Shown: positions 10,383 through 18,631 of the stretch, piece by piece
Layout of the letters: each line of letters begins with the position of its first letter
Position numbering within the stretch: position 1 is the first letter of the stretch
Assembly: GCA_000743035.1 (NCBI GenBank)
Contig: CP008936.1
Location: 1,440,001 to 1,472,000, forward strand
Origin: Candidatus Paracaedimonas acanthamoebae
Lineage (GTDB): Bacteria; Pseudomonadota; Alphaproteobacteria; Caedimonadales; Caedimonadaceae
Length of the DNA stretch: 32,000 nucleotides
Direction: 5' to 3'
Program-made: the position numbers and the translations under genes
Notes under the pieces: generated by a model
What the model saw: the letters and a program-made list of their open reading frames with translations, nothing else
Told to the model about the DNA's origin: nothing
The model's database searches: none

Positions 10383-10411
10383 CTGACTTTTCGAGCTCTT
10401 ATGGCTATGAT
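10383..10411 (+). promoter_or_regulatory. candidate sigma70-type promoter for acnA
   Basis: CTGACT (10383-10388), a 17-nt spacer, then TATGAT (10406-10411), about 35 nt upstream of the acnA ATG. Pattern match only. Confidence 0.35.
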
Positions 10412-10446
10412 AGAGTTATTTTAATAAGACTAAACAGGGGGACATA

Positions 10447-13125
10447 ATGGCAAAGTTTGGCCAAAATTCGCTAGGAACCAAGAAAAAAATAATATGTAAT
10501 AAAGTAACTTATAATTATTTTAGTCTTCAGGAAGCTCAAAAGCATTTTTCTGGCTTGGAGCGATTACCCTACTCCTTAAAGATTCTTCTTGAAAATCTTC
10601 TTCGTTTTGAAAATGGGCGTACAATTCGAATAGAGGATATAAAAGCATTTCATGGATGGCTAAAAAATAAAACGTCACCTCAAGAAATTGCTTTCCAACC
10701 GGCGCGTGTTCTTATGCAGGATTTTACAGGTGTACCTGCTATTGTAGATCTCGCTGCGATGCGAGAAGCCTTTAAAGATTTCGGAGGAGATCCACAAAAA
10801 ATTAACCCTTTAATCCCTGTTGATCTTATTATTGATCATTCCGTGATGGTTGATTCTTATGCAAGCAAAAGTGCTTTTCAAAAAAATGTAAGCCTTGAAT
10901 ATCAACGAAACAAAGAAAGATATGCTTTTTTGAGATGGGGACAAGAGGCATTTAATAATTTTCGTGTGGTGCCTCCGGGGACCGGTATTTGTCATCAAGT
11001 GAATCTTGAATACCTTGCGCAGGTCGTTTGGAGTGAACACATAGAAGGTGAATGGTATGCTTACCCTGATACGCTTGTCGGTACAGACAGTCATACAACT
11101 ATGGTCAATGGTCTTTCTGTGCTAGGATGGGGTGTTGGCGGTATTGAGGCAGAAGCCGCAATGTTAGGCCAACCAATTTCGATGCGTATTCCAGATGTCA
11201 TCGGATTTAAACTGACTGGAAAACTTCCAGAAGGCGCCACAGCAACCGATTTAGTGCTTACAATCACGCATATTCTTCGTATGAAGGGAGTTGTTGGAAA
11301 ATTTGTTGAGTTTTATGGAGAAGGCCTCCAAGGACTTTCGCTTGCAGATCGTGCAACAATTGCAAATATGGCGCCAGAATATGGCGCAACCTGTGGGTTT
11401 TTCCCGATCGATCAAGAAACTTTAAATTATTTAACTTTTACAGGGCGCACGACCAACCGTGTTCAACTTGTTGAAGCTTATGCAAAGGAACAAGGACTTT
11501 GGCATGATTATCATTATGAACCAACGTATAGCGAAATTGTTGAGCTAGATTTACACCAGGTTGAACCCACATTGGCGGGTCCAAAAAGACCACAAGATAA
11601 GTTAGCTCTCTCGGATGTCAAAAAATCATTTGAGAGTGCTCTGGAGCATGAGAATAAAAGACACATTCAGGCTCCTGTAAAATTAAACAACGAGCATTTT
11701 ACGCTTGAAGATGGGCATGTCACTATTGCGGCAATAACGAGTTGCACCAATACTTCGAACCCCTCTGTTATGCTGGGAGCAGCGCTTTTGGCGCGAAAAG
11801 CACTTGAAAAAGGATTGAAAGTTAAACCGTGGGTTAAAACATCTTTAGCGCCAGGATCTCAGGTTGTAAGCGATTATTTGGAAAAAGCGGATCTTCAGAA
11901 AGTTTTTGAAGAACTGGGCTTTTATTTAGTTGGATACGGTTGTACGACCTGCATTGGGAATTCGGGGCCATTGTTACCAGAAATCGCCCAGTCAATTGAG
12001 GAAAATGACTTAACGGTTGCAAGCGTTTTATCGGGAAATCGCAATTTTGAAGGGCGAATTCATCCCCAAGTCAAGTTAAGCTATTTGGCTTCTCCTCTTC
12101 TAGTGGTTGCTTATGCTTTAGCAGGAACAATTAATATTGATCTAGTATGCGATCCTTTAGGGATAGGAGCGAATGGTGAGCCCGTTTATTTAAAAGATAT
12201 ATGGCCTTCACAAGAGGAGATAAACCAAGCAATCGGTAAGTACCTCACGCCTGAAATGTTTCGTAAACGCTATGAAACGGTGTTTGAGGGAGATCAAGAA
12301 TGGCGAACATTGGTTGGAAAAACAGGTTTAACGTATGCATGGGAGAAAGACAGTACTTATGTTAAGTTACCACCTTTCTTCAAAGATATTTCAAGTGCTT
12401 CGCAGCCGTTGCAGGCCATAAAATCAGCTCGTCTTCTGGCAATTTTAGGCGATAGTATCACCACAGATCATATCTCACCGGCGGGTTCCATTAAAATTGA
12501 AAGTCCAGCCGGGCAATATCTAATAAACAGCGGCATAAAGCCCGAGGATTTTAATTCTTATGGGGCACGTCGTGGAAATCACGAGGTGATGATGCGAGGA
12601 ACTTTTGCAAATATCCGTTTAAAAAATGAAATGATTCCAACGGTAACAGGTGGCATGACTCGGCATATTCCTTCAGACGATGTGATGTCCATTTATGACG
12701 CCGCTATGCGATATCAAGAAGAAGAGACGCCACTTATTATTGTGGCTGGGCGTGAATATGGTTCAGGTTCTTCTCGAGATTGGGCAGCTAAGGGGACAAG
12801 GTTATTAGGGGTAAAGGCCATTATTGCGGAAAGTTTTGAGCGCATCCACCGTTCTAATCTCATTGGAATGGGGGTTCTTCCTCTTGAATTTACGCAGGGT
12901 ATGACGCGACAAACGTTAGAACTTAATGGTTCAGAGCTTTTTGATATTAAAGGATTTGAACAAGAATTAATACCTGGCATGATCGTAGAAGGTATCCTTC
13001 ATCGGGAGAATGGGAAACTTGAGAGTCTTCAATTAAAATGTCGCATTGATACTCTCGATGAAGTTGAATATTTCAAGCATGGCGGGATCTTGCACTATGT
13101 GCTGCGTTATTTAAGAAAAATTTAA
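10447..13125 (+). CDS. acnA: aconitate hydratase A
   Basis: 892 aa containing the Fe-S cluster cysteines and conserved aconitase/IRP blocks (ITSCTNTSNP, GCTTCIGNSGPL, SGNRNFEGR). Confidence 0.96.
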   Translation: MAKFGQNSLGTKKKIICNKVTYNYFSLQEAQKHFSGLERLPYSLKILLENLLRFENGRTIRIEDIKAFHGWLKNKTSPQEIAFQPARVLMQDFTGVPAIVDLAAMREAFKDFGGDPQKINPLIPVDLIIDHSVMVDSYASKSAFQKNVSLEYQRNKERYAFLRWGQEAFNNFRVVPPGTGICHQVNLEYLAQVVWSEHIEGEWYAYPDTLVGTDSHTTMVNGLSVLGWGVGGIEAEAAMLGQPISMRIPDVIGFKLTGKLPEGATATDLVLTITHILRMKGVVGKFVEFYGEGLQGLSLADRATIANMAPEYGATCGFFPIDQETLNYLTFTGRTTNRVQLVEAYAKEQGLWHDYHYEPTYSEIVELDLHQVEPTLAGPKRPQDKLALSDVKKSFESALEHENKRHIQAPVKLNNEHFTLEDGHVTIAAITSCTNTSNPSVMLGAALLARKALEKGLKVKPWVKTSLAPGSQVVSDYLEKADLQKVFEELGFYLVGYGCTTCIGNSGPLLPEIAQSIEENDLTVASVLSGNRNFEGRIHPQVKLSYLASPLLVVAYALAGTINIDLVCDPLGIGANGEPVYLKDIWPSQEEINQAIGKYLTPEMFRKRYETVFEGDQEWRTLVGKTGLTYAWEKDSTYVKLPPFFKDISSASQPLQAIKSARLLAILGDSITTDHISPAGSIKIESPAGQYLINSGIKPEDFNSYGARRGNHEVMMRGTFANIRLKNEMIPTVTGGMTRHIPSDDVMSIYDAAMRYQEEETPLIIVAGREYGSGSSRDWAAKGTRLLGVKAIIAESFERIHRSNLIGMGVLPLEFTQGMTRQTLELNGSELFDIKGFEQELIPGMIVEGILHRENGKLESLQLKCRIDTLDEVEYFKHGGILHYVLRYLRKI

Positions 13126-13284
13126 ATGAAGGATTATTGATTTTTTTGAGTTTCAATAAAGGGATGAAGAAATAAGATGGTTACGCATTAATAGAGATTT
13201 TTTAAAAAATAACCTTATATTTATTTTTTATTTTAATCTAGAAATAGAAAGAAAGATAAAATGATGAATTTATAAGAAGGATAT

Positions 13285-13792
13285 ATGCTTTACTTCCAAC
13301 TTTTAGCCGTTGCGGTAGGGCTTTTTATTCTCTCCGATCCTTTTAAAGCGGAAGATATCGAAGAACCGCATGCTCTCTCCCATATAACAACTTCTCTTCT
13401 TGAAGAACCTCACATTGATCAGCCACATGCAATCCCTCTCTCAACTTCTCCCTCCCCTGATGAACAAGACAGGAAGTCTGAGAAAAATTCAGCTAATGCC
13501 ACTTTAAAAAAGGCTTCAACAGAGGCTGGCTATTGAAGAATTTAAGCCAGATGTTCTCCTCAAAGCTATTCAGCAAAACCATGCAGCGCGACTTGAAGAA
13601 ACACAACAGCGGAAAGATGTACGCCAGGCTGCAGGATTAAAGGCTTCAGTTCTTGATGAAGTCTTAGATGTTGCTATTCCTTCCATTAAGCATGAGGTTT
13701 CATTTGTATTTTCAGAGCTTTTACCAAGAGTTTTCAATGTTGCAGTAAAAACAGCACCTGTTGGGATACCTATGGTTCTAGGCTTACTTTAA
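13285..13792 (+). pseudogene. signal-peptide protein of unknown function, split by a +1 frame change at an A6 run (possible pseudogene or homopolymer indel)
   Basis: The frame-1 ORF 13285-13536 (AAGGA Shine-Dalgarno, hydrophobic N-terminus MLYFQLLAVAVGLFILS, repeated EEPH/QPH motifs) stops 24 nt after an A6 run at 13506-13511. Frame 2 opens exactly at that run (13508) and runs 94 further codons to a TAA at 13790-13792. Its only in-frame ATG is 6 codons before that stop, so it has no usable start. Removing one A gives a continuous reading ...ATLKRLQQRLAIEEFKPDVLLKAIQQ.... Confidence 0.55.
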
Positions 13793-14790
13793 GAAGTAGG
13801 GCGGATGAAAGATTTAGACTTTTTCTCTTCATAGCTCAGTAAAATAGAGCTGACGACAATAATTGCCGCTCCAATCCACAGGGATTGTGACGTTGGGATT
13901 TCTGCAAAAGCAATAAATCCAATAAGGGCACTAAATAATAACCGTGCAAATCCAAAAGGAGTCAAGAAGACGACTTCAGCGAGCTGATAGGCTTTTGCTG
14001 TAGAATAATGAGCTGCCATTGAGAAAAGCCCAAGAAGGCCAAGCCAAAGAAATTGCTGGAAAGTAGGCCATATCCACTCAAACAGCGCTGGAACCAAAGC
14101 GCACGGCGACATGAAAAATAAAAGGGTTAACGTCATGACTTTTGGACTTTCTCCGTAAGAACCAAGTTTACGGCTGGCTAACTTAGAAACAGCGATAGCA
14201 ATGGCAGAGAAAAGGGGTAAAAAAACATACCATTGATAAGTAGCTTGTGAGCCCCATAGAGCTTGGTCAGGCCTTAAAATGATGAAGGCACCGATAAAAC
14301 CAACACTAACTCCAATTAAACGAATAATCCCAAGGCGTTCATTTAAGTACAATTTCGCCCCAATGACTGAAAAAATAGGCCCTGTAAATCCTAGGGCGAC
14401 CGCTTCAGCGATGGTCATATGGGCCAAAGACATGTACCAGAGCACAACACCTAATACAGCTGAAGCAATGCGAATGGTTTGCAGGCGAAGGTATTTCGTT
14501 TTTAAGCTAGTAAGGCCATCTTTAAGCGTCCATGGTAAAATAATGAAGCATCCAAAAAGATTCTGCCAGAAAGTGATGACGGCAGAAGGAAGCGGTGAGA
14601 TTTCTTGGCCAGTTCCTCCTGAGATATAACGTACAATGCCATTGATGGAGGCAAAAAAGAGGCAGGCGAGAAGCTTCCAAATTACCCCTTGCCACTGAGG
14701 AGTAAGCCCGGAAGCTTGAAGTGGAAATTTATAAGCCTGTTTGATCTCTGAAGACTCTTCAACGGAAGGACGACGAAGGGGCTGCGTCAT
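13789..14790 (-). CDS. EamA/DMT-superfamily transporter
   Basis: 333 aa with about ten TM helices in the duplicated EamA architecture. The substrate cannot be determined from sequence alone. Confidence 0.8.
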   Translation of the reverse strand: MTQPLRRPSVEESSEIKQAYKFPLQASGLTPQWQGVIWKLLACLFFASINGIVRYISGGTGQEISPLPSAVITFWQNLFGCFIILPWTLKDGLTSLKTKYLRLQTIRIASAVLGVVLWYMSLAHMTIAEAVALGFTGPIFSVIGAKLYLNERLGIIRLIGVSVGFIGAFIILRPDQALWGSQATYQWYVFLPLFSAIAIAVSKLASRKLGSYGESPKVMTLTLLFFMSPCALVPALFEWIWPTFQQFLWLGLLGLFSMAAHYSTAKAYQLAEVVFLTPFGFARLLFSALIGFIAFAEIPTSQSLWIGAAIIVVSSILLSYEEKKSKSFIRPTS

Positions 14791-14954
14791 AGGATAAACC
14801 GCTTTAGTTATTTATTTTCAATGAGACTGATGTAGCATGATCTTGCTCATTTGCCAAGAAAACCTCTTGTAGATATTCAATCTTAGGCTACAATAATTTC
14901 TCATAAAAATATTCCTGTTGAAAAGGTTATGTCAAATCTTAAAGGATAATATTA

Positions 14955-15989
14955 ATGAGAATTATTAGGGTTCTTCTTACTATACTTAGCTTAACTCCTG
15001 CTTATGCCAGCAGTACAACCTTAGAGTGGGAACCCTTAAAAGAGGGCAGAAAGGTTCATATTATTGCCCCAAGTTCTGGTCCTGAAGAAACAAAAGCATA
15101 CTTAAACACATCAATAACCTTTCTTAAAGAAAATGGTTTCAGTGCTGAGGCTCCCAATGATTTAATTATACCACAGCCTTTGGGCTATGCGAATACCCTT
15201 GCTTATCGACAGAAGCATTTAAAGGAGGTTTTATTTGCTGAAAATGTGGATGTCGTCTGGGCATTGCGAGGGGGACGTGGCGCTTCAAAAGTGATCATGC
15301 CTCTAGAAGATCTTGCAGCTCCATCAAGAATAAAGCTTATATTGGGGTATAGTGATACAACAGTTGTTCATCTATTAGCCGCTAAATGGGGATGGCCTTC
15401 CCTTCATTGTTCTGTTTTAGCGTATCATCAAGATGGCGCGCAGGTTGTAAATAAAAAAACTTCTCTACAGCCAATTTTTGATATCCTTTTGGGAAAAACT
15501 CAAGAAGTTAGTTATAATCTTGAGCCCCTTAATAGCATCGCTCAAGAATGCCAAGGAACGATCTATTCTCAAATTAGAGGAGGAAATGCCTCAGTTATCC
15601 AAAGAAGCATTGGAACACTCACACACCTAAAAACGAGCGGGAGAATTTTATTTCTTGAAGATACTGGTGAGCCCGCAACTAAATTTTTAGAAATGATGAC
15701 CCAATTTCAAAGAGCACGCCTCTTTAAAGAGGTTGAAGCAATTATTTTGGGAGACTTTGAGAATGGGTTAAATGATTCTCAACGGCTAGATTTGCGCCTT
15801 GCCAAGAAAACGTTTGCCGAGGAAATGAGCGAATTCAAAATCCCTGTTTTAGGCTCAGACTGCTTTGGGCATGCCGACTTTAATGATCCTTTGCCCTTTG
15901 GCACCCCCACTCAATTAGATTTTCAAGGGCCAAATGAAGTCAATTTGCGCGTTAGTACAACTGGGGCTCCCTTAAAGGAAAATAAATAA
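14955..15989 (+). CDS. peptidase S66 (LD-carboxypeptidase LdcA/MccF family) with a predicted signal peptide
   Basis: S66 catalytic motifs are present: nucleophile GYSDTTVVH, acidic LFLEDTGE, and His in FGHADFNDPLPFG. The N-terminus MRIIRVLLTILSLTPAYA/SS looks like a Sec signal peptide. Confidence 0.82.
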   Translation: MRIIRVLLTILSLTPAYASSTTLEWEPLKEGRKVHIIAPSSGPEETKAYLNTSITFLKENGFSAEAPNDLIIPQPLGYANTLAYRQKHLKEVLFAENVDVVWALRGGRGASKVIMPLEDLAAPSRIKLILGYSDTTVVHLLAAKWGWPSLHCSVLAYHQDGAQVVNKKTSLQPIFDILLGKTQEVSYNLEPLNSIAQECQGTIYSQIRGGNASVIQRSIGTLTHLKTSGRILFLEDTGEPATKFLEMMTQFQRARLFKEVEAIILGDFENGLNDSQRLDLRLAKKTFAEEMSEFKIPVLGSDCFGHADFNDPLPFGTPTQLDFQGPNEVNLRVSTTGAPLKENK

Positions 15990-16146
15990 AGTTAATTTAT
16001 TTTTTGAAGCCAACGCACAATGTGAAGGCGATAAGTATTAAACCATTCCCCAACTGGATAAGGTCCGAGATCGGTATCAACGGCGTTAAAATGAGGCCCT
16101 TTCTTAAAAAGCCAATTAATAAAATGTCCCCAAAAAGTTGTTGATT

Positions 16147-16980
16147 TTAAAGCGACAATTTTTTGCGGTTGAATCTCATAAAAGTTCTAACTGCTTTATC
16201 ACTCAACCATTTTTTATGCTTAACTAAGTAGTCTGCTTGGAACTGAACAAGGTCTTCATCCCATGGCAGAGTCTTAGAGCCTTTATATTCATATCCCTGG
16301 AAACTTATATTTCTCTTTTCACACTCATTTTTAACCGATAAAAGGTAATCGTAGTCATCATCAATCATGATAATATTTTGTGGCTTCAACTTCAGAGCAT
16401 CAATGAATATACCAACTATTGGTCCCTTTGGTTTTAAATCTGTAGCTAATAGGCCCTTGTAAAATACAGGATTGCGTCCTGAATAAGATATTTTCAACAC
16501 AATGTCATTGAATGAGCCTTCAAAATCAAGAGATTTGAGGTGGTTATAACGCCATTCTTCAAGACTATTATGAATACCATAAGGTCCTGTATTCATCCCC
16601 GTACAAGCAATGACAAATACCCCACTATTTTTAAGCCTATTTATATGATGGATTACATTGGGCTCAAGCAAGGGCCTTTGTGCTTCTTGAAGCATGATAC
16701 TAGCAATATGATTATCAGACTTCAGAATAGGATAAGTTTGTATTAATTTTTGTCTAAAAGCTTTTCCTTGTGGGGTATGTTCATTAACCAAGAAAGTATC
16801 CACTGGTTGGATAAGAGTTTCATCAACATCAAATATGACCAAACTTCCAGGTTTTATAGAATTGAAATCTATTGCATTGAAAGATTGAATGGGCTCAATT
16901 TGTTGAGGATGATTTGATTTACAAGCGCAAACTAATAAAATTAGAAATAAACTTAGTATATTTTTTTTACCAAGTAACAT
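16147..16980 (-). CDS. HAD-superfamily-like putative lipoprotein or secreted protein (resembles DUF2608-type proteins)
   Basis: A signal sequence carries Cys residues (LILLVCACKSN). HAD motif I is FDVDETL, motif II is IACTG and motif IV is IMIDDDYDY. The family name is recalled from memory, not from a search. Confidence 0.6.
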   Translation of the reverse strand: MLLGKKNILSLFLILLVCACKSNHPQQIEPIQSFNAIDFNSIKPGSLVIFDVDETLIQPVDTFLVNEHTPQGKAFRQKLIQTYPILKSDNHIASIMLQEAQRPLLEPNVIHHINRLKNSGVFVIACTGMNTGPYGIHNSLEEWRYNHLKSLDFEGSFNDIVLKISYSGRNPVFYKGLLATDLKPKGPIVGIFIDALKLKPQNIIMIDDDYDYLLSVKNECEKRNISFQGYEYKGSKTLPWDEDLVQFQADYLVKHKKWLSDKAVRTFMRFNRKKLSL

Positions 16981-17075
16981 TATCTTCCTCTCAGTATTCT
17001 AACTACATGCATGTATATATTAATTTTTAAATATGGAAAGTTGCTATCTTGATATAAACGTTTCTTGGGAAATAT

Positions 17076-17094
17076 CATTAAGCATTGCTTAATG
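17076..17094. promoter_or_regulatory. perfect 19-nt palindrome, candidate operator upstream of the HAD-like gene
   Basis: CATTAAGCA-T-TGCTTAATG has 9-bp arms around one central base. It lies 96-114 nt upstream of the start codon at 16980. Confidence 0.3.
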
Positions 17095-17570
17095 GCGACA
17101 TTATTTCTTTAGCACGAATAGGTAAATATGCTTGAAGTATTGCAGCACTGCCTTTAGTTTAACTCCACCAGGCGTTTTTTCTAACCTCTTCACAATGCCA
17201 AAGATCCATTTTTATTTATTTCTCTCTTCCCTGGTACCAAAGGAGTGAGAATTTTTTCTACCAATCACCAAAATCATTGAATGATCAGAAGAGAAGGTGT
17301 ACATAGTCTATGTACGGTGTTTGTTCACTAAGTCATTTTTATTTTCTCCTATTTTTTACTTTTCTTAACCTAAGTTTTAAGGCGCAGCAGGTCATTTGCT
17401 TAACCCATCGTACAAACTCTTAAAATCCTTCTTTTTTTCCTTTTTTTATCTCATCTTTATTTTATCTAACTCATTACAACTATTTCCTTTCCTTCTTTTT
17501 TAAATTTATCTTATCTAAGTCGTTTTTATCTAAGCGGGGTGATCAGTCCCTTAGGGTCTCTCGAGAGATT

Positions 17571-17596
17571 GTTGAAGGGCTTGCCAGCTCTTCAAC
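17571..17596. other. 11-bp stem-loop downstream of bdhA
   Basis: GTTGAAGGGCT-TGCC-AGCTCTTCAAC (one G-T wobble) lies about 90 nt past the bdhA stop. There is no U-tract on either strand. It is preceded by the 12-nt perfect palindrome TCTCTCGAGAGA (17557-17568). Confidence 0.4.
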
Positions 17597-17683
17597 CCAC
17601 TACAATAATAGTAACAAATTTCAGGAAAAAAAGCAACAGTTTTCTGTAATAAAAATCAAAAAAAGGTATTATTTAATGATGGA

Positions 17684-18466
17684 TTATTGAGCCGTCCAGC
17701 CCCCATCCACACTTAGAGCCGCACCTGTCATTGAATTTCCCCCTGGGCCGCATAAAAAGACCGCAAGATCACCTATCTCTTCGGGAGATACAAACCGTTG
17801 TGAAGGTTGTTTTTCACTTAAAAGATCACGGCTTGCTTGTTCATAAGTAATTCCTTGCTGTTGAGCACGTTCTTGAATCTGGCGCTCAACTAGAGGGGTC
17901 AAGACCCAGCCAGGGCAGATCGCATTACAGGTAATATTTTCACTCGCAGTCTCAAGCGCAACGGTTTTTGTAAGCCCCAACAAGCCATGCTTGGCCGCCA
18001 CATAAGCTGACTTAAAAGCAGACGCTACAAGTCCGTGCGCAGAAGCTATATTGATGATGCGTCCCCATTTTTGCTCTTTCATCAAGGGAAGAGCTGCCTG
18101 AATTCCATAAAATGCGGCTGAAAGATTAAGCGCTAAAATGGTCTCCCACTTGTCGGCAGGAAAACTTTCAATAGGCGCAACATATTGAATTCCGGCATTG
18201 TTTACGAGAATATCTATACGTCCTAGAGTTTGCTGCGTATACGTCAGTAAAGTCTGAGGTCCCGTTGCTTGCGCCAAATCAATTCCGAAATATTTTACCT
18301 GAACCTTGTAGGTTTGCTCTAAAGAGGTGCAAAGTTGCGTAATCTCAACCGGATCACCAAATCCATTCAGCATGATAGACGCGCCGGCTTCAGCAAGTTT
18401 TATTGCAATATTAAGACCAATTCCACTTGTTGAGCCTGTAATAACAGCAACTTTTCCTTCTAACAT
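17684..18466 (-). CDS. bdhA: 3-hydroxybutyrate dehydrogenase (short-chain dehydrogenase/reductase)
   Basis: Rossmann motif TGSTSGIG, NNAG, and catalytic S...YVAAKHG are present. The 260-aa length and C-terminus (LSVDGGWTAQ) are typical of BdhA. Confidence 0.85.
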   Translation of the reverse strand: MLEGKVAVITGSTSGIGLNIAIKLAEAGASIMLNGFGDPVEITQLCTSLEQTYKVQVKYFGIDLAQATGPQTLLTYTQQTLGRIDILVNNAGIQYVAPIESFPADKWETILALNLSAAFYGIQAALPLMKEQKWGRIINIASAHGLVASAFKSAYVAAKHGLLGLTKTVALETASENITCNAICPGWVLTPLVERQIQERAQQQGITYEQASRDLLSEKQPSQRFVSPEEIGDLAVFLCGPGGNSMTGAALSVDGGWTAQ

Positions 18467-18631
18467 TTATTAAAATTCCTTTTGAACTTGTGTAATAATG
18501 CTTATTAAAAATGAATTCCTTTAATTTTTTGTTATCTTCTAAAACTTAAAAAATTATTTTTTTTAATATCTCTCTTGCCTTCTTGCGTGAGCCTTTCTAA
18601 ACTCGCGATAATTTATGATAAGGTATTTTGT

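Noticed and set aside
13506-13512. The heptamer A_AAA_AAG sits in the correct zero-frame phase (tta aaa aag), identical to the dnaX -1 programmed frameshift slippery site.
   Set aside because: A -1 shift enters the frame that closes after about 42 codons (stop at 13638-13640) with an unremarkable sequence. The long open continuation is in the +1 frame, which this heptamer would not access. No obvious downstream stimulatory stem-loop was seen. A simple 1-nt indel is more parsimonious.
15997-16146. A 49-codon open frame continues in-frame immediately after the TAA stop of the HAD-like gene (hydrophobic: ..LFGDILLIGFLRKGLILTPLIPISDLIQLGNGLILIAFTLCVGFKK). It could suggest a nonsense-truncated longer gene or stop-codon readthrough.
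   Set aside because: The upstream protein already has all HAD motifs at a normal length, and the extension has no ATG. Its hydrophobic composition is what a T-rich frame produces. An open run of this length is not very improbable given the many frames inspected.
17163-17170. CTCCACCA followed by a T-run resembles the 3' end of a tmRNA or tRNA-like acceptor piece. GGGG at 17535-17538 could be taken as the start of a permuted alphaproteobacterial coding piece.
   Set aside because: No T-arm (GTTCRA-type) sequence precedes the putative acceptor strand, and no tag-like reading frame ending in ...AA is present. The two elements are about 360 nt apart. The match is to 8 nt only.
17365-17380. A TTAA...TTAA pair resembles a CtrA box.
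   Set aside because: The spacing is 8 nt rather than the required 7. A single occurrence in AT-rich DNA is expected by chance.
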